Part shown: positions 28,656 to 37,085 of the stretch, piece by piece
Layout: each line of letters starts with the position of its first letter
Position numbering within the stretch: the first letter of the stretch is position 1
DNA from: an uncultured bacterium
GTDB lineage: Bacteria > Abyssobacteria > SURF-5
DNA: 64,000 bases
Reading direction: 5' to 3'
NCBI GenBank assembly: GCA_964453435.1
Contig: CAYVQZ010000011.1
Coordinates: 9,235-73,234 of the forward strand
The notes under the pieces: generated by a model
Database searches by the model: none
Told to the model about the DNA's origin: nothing
What the model saw: the letters and a program-made list of their open reading frames with translations, nothing else
Program-made: the position numbers and the translations under genes

Positions 28656-30151
28656 AAGTATTGTTCATTTATCCGAATCTCGACGCCCAGATAGGCTTCA
28701 ATTACGGTATCGCCTTTCTTTCCGCCTGTCTCAAGCGACACGGGCACGCAACGGCTCTCCTCAATATCAACGACCAGCTTGGGTTTCCGATGGACCTTGC
28801 AAGGGTCGCCGACGAGGTGACCTCGTTTGCGCCCGATGTGATCGCGTTCTCGGTGGTAACAAATCAGTACCGTTTCGCCCGCATGATCGCCCGCGACATC
28901 AAGCGCTACTGTTCCGCTCCCATCGTCTGCGGCGGCATCCATCCCACGATGGACCCCGAGGGAGTTCTTCGGGAAGAGTGTTTCGATTATGTTTGTGTGG
29001 GCGAAGGCGAGGAAGCCATTGTCGAGCTTGCAGACACGCTCGCCGCCAGGAAACCGGTTGCCGAAATCGAGAACATCTGGTGCAAGACGAACGGCGCGAT
29101 TGTCCGCAACAGGGTGCGGCCGTTTGTCTCGCTCGAGTCATTGCCTCCGAAGGACTACGAAATCTTTGATTTCCAGAAAATGGTCGATGCGAAGGACGGC
29201 TGGGTCGGCGTCATGAGTTCGCGCGGATGCCCGTTCAGTTGTACCTATTGTTTCAACCATAAGCTGCGCGAGCTGTACCAACACGACCTCGAATGCCCGG
29301 CGGCGAAGCTGAACTACATCCGCCGCCACCCGGTCGATACCGTCATCGGGGAGATCGAATGGCTGCTGGCAACTTACAAGAACATCAAAACTATTATCTT
29401 TGACGATGACCTCTTCACACTTGACAAAAAGTACCTCGCAGAGTTTTGCAGAAAATATCAGGCTCGAGTGAGCCTGCCATTCGTTTGCAACGCCCATGTC
29501 AAGGTCTTCGATGAGGAGGTTGCTCGAAGCCTGAAAGACGCGGGGTGCAATATGGTGAAATTCGGACTGGAAAGCGGAAGCGAGCGAATCCGGAAAGAGA
29601 TATTGAATCGCCGCATGTCAAACGAGGAAATAGCTCGGGCATTCTCCGTCGCGGACGATTTCGCATTTCACACCTCGGCGTTTGTTATGATAGGATTCCC
29701 GCATGAATCGATCAACGACGTCCGGGACACCATCGAGCTGCTCGCCCGGATCAAGCCCGGCCGGTTCCGCTGGTCCATTTTTTTTCCCTACGTCAACACG
29801 CGAGCATACGAAATAGCGCGAGACGGCGGTTTCATCGACTTTCGCAAACTGGAGTCGTTGACAAATTTCACCGACGAATCGGCGCTCGACTTCGGCCCCG
29901 AGCACAATTCTTTTCTGCGACGGCTGAAAGTCACGTTTCCATGGCATGTTAACGCGCGCGCCGGCTTCTCCGGCTCTCATCTCTATCAAAGCCTTATCGA
30001 ACAAACCGATAAGATCGAAATGGAGAGGTGGCCGGAGGCCGAGGAATACATCATCAAGATTGACGGCGAGATTTCGAGGGCGCTCACTCTGGCGGGCGAG
30101 CCCCATTACGCCTACCGGTACAACCTGTTTACGGCGGTGAGAAGCTATTAG
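28652..30151 (+). CDS. B12-binding domain-containing radical SAM protein
   Basis: 499 aa from ATG 28652. N-terminal cobalamin-binding Rossmann-like domain (MKVLFIYPNLD...). Radical SAM cluster motif CPFSCTYC (CX3CX2C). Overlaps the gmhB stop. Confidence 0.7.
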   Translation: MKVLFIYPNLDAQIGFNYGIAFLSACLKRHGHATALLNINDQLGFPMDLARVADEVTSFAPDVIAFSVVTNQYRFARMIARDIKRYCSAPIVCGGIHPTMDPEGVLREECFDYVCVGEGEEAIVELADTLAARKPVAEIENIWCKTNGAIVRNRVRPFVSLESLPPKDYEIFDFQKMVDAKDGWVGVMSSRGCPFSCTYCFNHKLRELYQHDLECPAAKLNYIRRHPVDTVIGEIEWLLATYKNIKTIIFDDDLFTLDKKYLAEFCRKYQARVSLPFVCNAHVKVFDEEVARSLKDAGCNMVKFGLESGSERIRKEILNRRMSNEEIARAFSVADDFAFHTSAFVMIGFPHESINDVRDTIELLARIKPGRFRWSIFFPYVNTRAYEIARDGGFIDFRKLESLTNFTDESALDFGPEHNSFLRRLKVTFPWHVNARAGFSGSHLYQSLIEQTDKIEMERWPEAEEYIIKIDGEISRALTLAGEPHYAYRYNLFTAVRSY

Positions 30152-30212
30152 CGCCAGTAGCAATTTCTCCAACATCCTTGTTCGGCTTCCCAACTGGGTT
30201 GGCGACGTCGTC

Positions 30213-31214
30213 ATGGCGACTCCCACACTGCGCTGCCTCCGGCTCAATTTCCCTCATGCGCGGATCGACCTCACACTTGTTCCATATGTACGCGAGATTG
30301 TGGAAGGTGCCCCATGGTTCGACGCCATCGTCGAATATGAGGCCGGTTCGGGCTTCGGCGGACTCGCAAAATCAGCCGGCTACCTTCGCAGGCTGAGACG
30401 GAACCGGTATGACCTTGCCATTGTTCTTCCCAACTCCTTCAGTTCGGCGCTTCTCGCGTTCCTGTCCGGCGCGAAACGGCGAGTCGGATATGACCGGCAG
30501 GGACGCGGTTTCCTGCTTACCGACGCGGCGCCCGCGCCCGTCGAGAACGGACGCTTTGTCCCCCAGCCGATGGTCGAGTACTACCTCAACCTGTGCGACG
30601 GGCTCGTGGAATCGCTGGGCTCACGAAAAACGGAACTCTTCGTTGACTCCCGCTCTGAGCAAAGGGCGGACGAGTTGTTCGACAGGTACGGGATTGGACG
30701 GTCAAAGCCGGTGGTCGCCATAAACCCGGGAGCGGCCTACGGCTCGTCCAAGCTGTGGATTCCCGACCGGTTCGCTGCGGTCGCAGACCATTTCGCCGGA
30801 GACGGACGGTGCGACGTCGTGCTGCTGGGCGCGCCGGCTGAAGCCCCTATTGCCCGCGAGATTGTCGGCGCTGCTCGCACGGATATCGCGAACCTGGCAG
30901 AGGAACATGTCGGACTCGGCCTCCTGAAATCCATTATCAAGCGGTGCGACCTCCTGATCACCGTCGATTCCGGACCCCGCCATTTCGCTGTTGCGTTCAA
31001 TAAACCCGTCGTGGTCTTGATGGGACCGACGGACCCCCGCTACACCAACTGCAACCTTGACAAGACCACCGTGGTCAGAGTTGAAAACCTCGAATGCGCT
31101 CCGTGCCACATTAAGCAATGCCCCACCCATCATGAATGCATGACGCGCATCACCGCCGATATGGTCATTCAAGCCGCCACCGAATTGCTGCAAAGACACG
31201 TCAAGGCGGATTGA
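30213..31214 (+). CDS. Lipopolysaccharide heptosyltransferase, glycosyltransferase family 9 (WaaC/WaaF-like)
   Basis: 333 aa from the first ATG. The conserved GT9 N-terminus (ILVRLPNWVGDVVMATPTLRCL, cf. ILIIRLSSIGDVVLTTP) is encoded upstream of that ATG, in frame back to a stop at 30138-30140. The true start is probably a non-canonical codon near 30147-30174. Confidence 0.8.
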   Translation: MATPTLRCLRLNFPHARIDLTLVPYVREIVEGAPWFDAIVEYEAGSGFGGLAKSAGYLRRLRRNRYDLAIVLPNSFSSALLAFLSGAKRRVGYDRQGRGFLLTDAAPAPVENGRFVPQPMVEYYLNLCDGLVESLGSRKTELFVDSRSEQRADELFDRYGIGRSKPVVAINPGAAYGSSKLWIPDRFAAVADHFAGDGRCDVVLLGAPAEAPIAREIVGAARTDIANLAEEHVGLGLLKSIIKRCDLLITVDSGPRHFAVAFNKPVVVLMGPTDPRYTNCNLDKTTVVRVENLECAPCHIKQCPTHHECMTRITADMVIQAATELLQRHVKAD

Positions 31215-31491
31215 CCCGCGCTCATGCCAACCGCCGCCTTTTCGCTCGTGATTTTGCGCGCCCTTGCCATCCGGGTTGCGTTCTGACGGCTTACTTCGCG
31301 AAATTCTGCCGCTGTCGCCGGAAGCATCAACAGGCGCATGACCACCGCAAACGAACTCGGAGACACCCTAGGCGCATTTGAAGAAAAACCGCGCAAAGGC
31401 TATGATTGTCCGTCGGGATTCCCGCACGCAAGGCGACGGATATCGATACGTTGAAGTTATCTTCTGAAACATTTTTTATCAACGGAGGTGA

Positions 31492-32910
<1,419 letters not shown>

Positions 32911-32974
32911 ACGGGCCGTGGGAGAACCTGTTCCGCCTGCGAAGCTGAATCGCGGACGGATGGGGCGAACCGCG

Positions 32975-33205
32975 CTACCCGTCTCGTGACAAAAATTTGT
33001 CTCGTAGTCGGTCCGAGGCTTGACCGAGGCGGGGAAACCGCACCTTGACCCAGGCGAGCAGCCGCTGAAAAGCCGGAACATCTTTCGACAGCAAAAGCGC
33101 GCCTATCGACAGGAACAGCCATCCTTGAAGAATGGGGAATATGAATCCGGCAACACCCAGAATCAGGAACGTGACGCCGAGGGATATACGAATCAAGCGG
33201 GCCAT
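32975..33205 (-). CDS. Small inner-membrane protein, DUF454/YbaN-like
   Basis: 76 aa with two predicted transmembrane helices (LGVTFLILGVAGFIFPIL / WLFLSIGALLL) and a basic C-terminus. Low certainty. Confidence 0.4.
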   Translation of the reverse strand: MARLIRISLGVTFLILGVAGFIFPILQGWLFLSIGALLLSKDVPAFQRLLAWVKVRFPRLGQASDRLRDKFLSRDG

Positions 33206-33374
33206 TTATCTCCTTGTCATCGTTTCGCGCGACGGAATATCAAACCGTATGGCTGTCTGCGAAAACGATGAACTTCTGTCATGGTCTTTATGCTGCGTGT
33301 TTCGTAATGCCATGGCGGCGATGTGATGCGCAGCGCAGATGAAATCGAAACCGTCTCGCCGTCTACCCCGACAG

Positions 33375-33728
33375 AATCTGTCCCATGATTGCCCGGCGAA
33401 GGGGGCTGTGAGTCTGTCCGATAATTCCACTGGGTGGTCTCCTGCGCAGGGGACAGTCCCGATTCTATCCCGCGGATTGCGCGGGACTTCGTGCCCGTAA
33501 ATCTGGAACAGTGAAACTGTCTCGCGGCTGCGCATTTTGCCGAACAACAAGCTTTGGGGGCTGTACCCAATTACGGAATCCCCTGTCTTTTGCGCTGAGC
33601 GGAGCGAAGTCCCGCGCGTTCGCGGGATAGATTGGCGGACTGCCCCCAAAGCAGGGTATCCCGAATCGTGAGACACACTCACTGTTCCCGAGGCAAACAA
33701 CTTGCGTCATAAATCGTGGGACACACTC
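33375..33728. repeat. MITE-like mosaic intergenic repeat, copy C (long form)
   Basis: Co-linear with copy A at both termini. Also contains inverted copies of modules seen in copy B (GGGGGCTGTACCCAATTACGGAATCCCC, GCGGGATAGATTGGC). Terminal inverted repeat: left ...GAGTCTGTCCGATAATT, right AATCGTGGGACACACTC. Confidence 0.6.
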
Positions 33729-33819
33729 GATACCCCGGTTGCGCATCTGTCCGAAATCCGATTTCGCTGAGATGTGTTCGCCGCGTTCGCCGAAACTGTT
33801 CGTTCGCCACCGGGCTCAT

Positions 33820-34890
33820 TCAGCCCTCTCTCTTTTGCCGCGTTTCGAGTATGGCGCGGACAAGCAGCGGCCACACGATTGTGGCGTCTGTGCGCACCTC
33901 GGCAAAACGGCCGCCCTCTTCCCTCGGCAAAAACTTCCCCCACGACACACCCTCGCTGTACGGACATCCGCTCAGCCCGCCCCAGTACGCGGGTTCCGGA
34001 CAGATTCGCACACCATACCGGATGCGGGGAATGGGCAGGTCCAGCCCCAGCCGCATATTAATTATGTCGATAAAGGGGCCCATCTGCTGACCCCAGTTTC
34101 TCGGAACTCCACCCCCGATCGTAAATATGCCCAGCCGCTCGGCTCGCACCACTCGTTTGGCGAAATCGTACAAATCGAGGAACGCATTGTACGGGGGCAC
34201 ATCGGAAAAGAACGCGTCGACATCCTTTTCCTTATCCGTTTTGTACTTGGCAGCCAGGAAATGCGTCGCTACATCGAGACCAAGCTCCGAATCGGTAAAC
34301 GCGGGGACATATATCGGGACCCCTTTCCGGTATGCGCATCCGAGAACACTCGGCATCAGGTCGTCCTGGAGCAGGCGCCGCCCGATCTCCGCATTCAACC
34401 TGTGCGAGCAGGCGGGCTCCGACCAGTCGACTTCGCTCAACACTTTTCGTATGAATTTCTCGGCGGCGGTAAGGTTCGCCTCCATCTCGAGCGTGTCGTA
34501 AACCCGGTTGTAGCCCCATTTATACAGCACGGTGTCGGGAGTTTTCGGGTCATACTTATAGTGCACGCATCCTATCGCCTCGGTCAGGCCATGCGCCATC
34601 AACGCGCCCGTGCTGACGATGATGTGCGCCATACCCTCATCTATCATTTCGCAGAGCACTTTGCCCATCTTTGCTATCGTCATGGCGCCCGACAGGGTGA
34701 CAATGATTGTGCAGGCGGGGTCCTCGACCATCTCGCGAAACACGAGATAGGCCTCGCCGAGTTCGCGTGCGCCGAAGGCGGTCTTCGACATCTGCGCAAG
34801 TATGTCCGCGACGTTGTCGGCGGACCGAACATCGATGGGTTCAAGCGGTTCGAGGCCGTCTTTGCGGCCGTCATGCATTTCTCGTTTCAA
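33820..34890 (-). CDS. Deoxyhypusine synthase-like protein
   Basis: 356 aa. Strong DHS-family similarity: CTIIVTLSGAMTIAKMGKVLCEMIDEGMAHIIVSTGALMAHG (NAD-binding core), FTIGGGVPRN, C-terminal EGVSWGKF. The 426-aa + strand ORF 33739-35019 is its shadow. Confidence 0.8.
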   Translation of the reverse strand: MKREMHDGRKDGLEPLEPIDVRSADNVADILAQMSKTAFGARELGEAYLVFREMVEDPACTIIVTLSGAMTIAKMGKVLCEMIDEGMAHIIVSTGALMAHGLTEAIGCVHYKYDPKTPDTVLYKWGYNRVYDTLEMEANLTAAEKFIRKVLSEVDWSEPACSHRLNAEIGRRLLQDDLMPSVLGCAYRKGVPIYVPAFTDSELGLDVATHFLAAKYKTDKEKDVDAFFSDVPPYNAFLDLYDFAKRVVRAERLGIFTIGGGVPRNWGQQMGPFIDIINMRLGLDLPIPRIRYGVRICPEPAYWGGLSGCPYSEGVSWGKFLPREEGGRFAEVRTDATIVWPLLVRAILETRQKREG

Positions 34891-35262
34891 TTGCCAAACC
34901 TCCGTTTACCGTTTTCCTTGCCTTGTATCGTTCGCGTGAGGCTCGCCCGTTCACGGGACGGAGTTTCTCGGCTGACACCTGCTCAGCCTCCAATCGCTGC
35001 CCTGCTATTCTACCCTTAAACCGTCGGTATTTTCCAATAAAAACCGACAGTCTTCCTTTTCACAGAGGGAGGGCGCAACGAACCGCAGCATCTCGCCGTC
35101 ATTAAGCGTCTTTTTTCCCCCGAACAAACGATTGAAAAGAGATAAGCTTTTCCTTTCGGCCGCAGATTCGGCCATCGCCTTCTTCTTTTCAATGAGGGAA
35201 ATACTGCAGTTGATATATCCAATTTGGGTAAATGTCCGTGGAGAATTGCCGAGGGCCTCATG

Positions 35263-35772
35263 CTATTCCATGTCGTGTTCCTCGGGAAAAAGACGGAGAG
35301 AGTTTGCGGTCTTTTCCATCCTGCGCAGAAGTGTCTCCGCTTCGTCAGTCCTGCCGGTTGCAATAAGGCTGTCAATAAGCGAGAACGCGCACAGAAGAAA
35401 AGCGCCCTCTCCGCCGGGCAGCCCGTCACCACCCTTGGAACGATAAAGCAACCCCTCGTGGCCGAGTTCGCGCCGGGTCGTTTCAATGGTCGAAACGACC
35501 CTGGCATCGTCAGCCGGAAGAAAACCAAGCAGAGGTAGCAACAGATTGCTGGAATCGAGCCAGACCGTATCATAATGCTGTGCGAAGGATTCTTTTTCCT
35601 GATTCCATCCTTTCACGAGAACTTCCTCTTTCATCCGGTCCTTCGTCTTGCGCCAACGGTCCAGGTCGCCGGGAAATCCATATCGCTCGGCTATCGTGAT
35701 TTCCCGGCCAAGCGCAACCCAGCACATAATTTTCGAATACACGAAACAATACGGTCGGCCCGAACCTCCCAA
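35263..35772 (-). pseudogene. Remnant of a glycoside hydrolase family 15 (glucoamylase/glucodextranase-like) gene; internal/C-terminal fragment only
   Basis: The 169-aa ORF matches the GH15 catalytic-domain C-terminal region (YCFVYSKIMCWVALGREI...; GGEGAFLLCAFSLIDSLIATGRTDEAETLL). There is an in-frame stop just upstream at 35821-35823. No N-terminal ~400 aa are present, and the usual last ~40 aa are missing. Confidence 0.5.
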
Positions 35773-35909
35773 ATTCCGGAATCCTTGTCCTGCCGGCGCT
35801 CGACGCCAGGTCTCCTGCCATTAAATGTACGGCGTGCGAACACCGAAAAGAGAGAGGAGTTTGAGGACCGATGGTTAAATTGAGGGTCGAGGACGCCGGC
35901 GGCGGAAGG

Positions 35910-36623
35910 TCACTGCCCCCAGACCGCGTGGGCCGGGTCTCGCGATTTGGGTAATCGTATCCCCACTCGGTGGAACAAGACGATATCTCTGTCCGACATA
36001 TTATCGAAATTCGCGAACATCCGCAACGATTGCAACGCCGCCGTTTCCCATCCCGAAAAATCGCGCGGGTCTATCTTCCCTGAAGGGTTCTCCCGCCGGA
36101 ATGCCCGTATCGAATCAATTTCATTCTGAGATAAGTTCTTCATGTCGATTTCCAGATACTCCCGATAACAGTAGACAACATCGCCATAGCGAATAACGAA
36201 CGCCAGGTCTCGCGTTGTCGGTCGTTTGAGGTCAACATATGGAAGCTTTTTCGAAACGAAATTGCTCAGTTCACGAGCGAACTCCGTGAGGTCGGATTCC
36301 AGGAATTGTTCGTCACGCAGCAACTCACGCTCTTCCGCGCTGAGGGAGTTCGGCTCTATCTTCGCGTATGCGCTCCGCAGATATGTGTCTATTTCCATCT
36401 CCGTAACTTTTTTGGTGTCGTCGAATGAGTAAGATTCGCCCCTCCCGACCTGCGCGTCTCGTTCACCTTCTGCCGTTGACCTGACACCGGAGGAACTCGC
36501 ACAGCCGGCAAAAATGAAAATCGCCGCCGTGACAGCGATAAGAATCCCATGAGGGAAGGGGGCGCCACTCCTCGTGGCCGGGCTTGGTCCGAACGGATTG
36601 TATTTTCTGTTGGGGAAATTCAT
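35910..36623 (-). CDS. Hypothetical lipoprotein
   Basis: From internal Met: MNFPNRKYNPFGPSPATRSGAPFPHGILIAVTAAIFIFAGCASS, a signal peptide with lipobox FAGC. The ORF track start at 36800 is probably too long. No recognisable family. Confidence 0.45.
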   Translation of the reverse strand: MNFPNRKYNPFGPSPATRSGAPFPHGILIAVTAAIFIFAGCASSSGVRSTAEGERDAQVGRGESYSFDDTKKVTEMEIDTYLRSAYAKIEPNSLSAEERELLRDEQFLESDLTEFARELSNFVSKKLPYVDLKRPTTRDLAFVIRYGDVVYCYREYLEIDMKNLSQNEIDSIRAFRRENPSGKIDPRDFSGWETAALQSLRMFANFDNMSDRDIVLFHRVGIRLPKSRDPAHAVWGQ

Positions 36624-36920
36624 GTACGTATGCCCGTGTTTTGGGAAAGGGAGCGCTCCCATCTGCAATGCGCAAACACATATGTATAATCTTTTCCAGC
36701 TTGTCCCGTCAACTGCGAAATGGCAAGTGGAACGCTCGCGGTGTCGTTCCTGAAAGGTCTTTGAAACTTCTCTGAACCGTTGGCGTTTCTCCAAAAACAT
36801 AATTCCCGGCGCCGATGTCCGATTCCGGCGAGATGGGTCTGCCTGCCGAAGTTCACGCTTGGTCTGACTGCGTGACGCCGGAATTAGTCGAAACAGCGGA
36901 CCCTGTCAGGCCAGATTTCT

Positions 36921-36950
36921 TTAGACCTCGCTGTGAAAGTAGGGTATAAT
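36921..36950 (+). promoter_or_regulatory. Sigma-70-like promoter (TTAGAC - 18 nt - TATAAT) upstream of the PBP1A gene
   Basis: An extended -10 GGGTATAAT is seen directly. It lies inside the over-extended track ORF, which favours the downstream ATG at 37086 as the true start. Confidence 0.4.
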
Positions 36951-37085
36951 GAGATTATTCGACACTTGCCCGCGAGCGAGACAATCGACTCGCGCGAGGC
37001 CGTCCCCTGTATGATATCCTGTGTCCGAATTCTTGTGGCGTTCACCGTCCCCCTCAAACAAATATTTGAGCAAAAGCCGCGAACT

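Noticed and set aside
33739-35019. 426-aa plus-strand ORF
   Set aside because: It is the shadow of the minus-strand deoxyhypusine-synthase homolog, which has strong family motifs. The plus-strand translation is low-complexity and Arg/His-rich.
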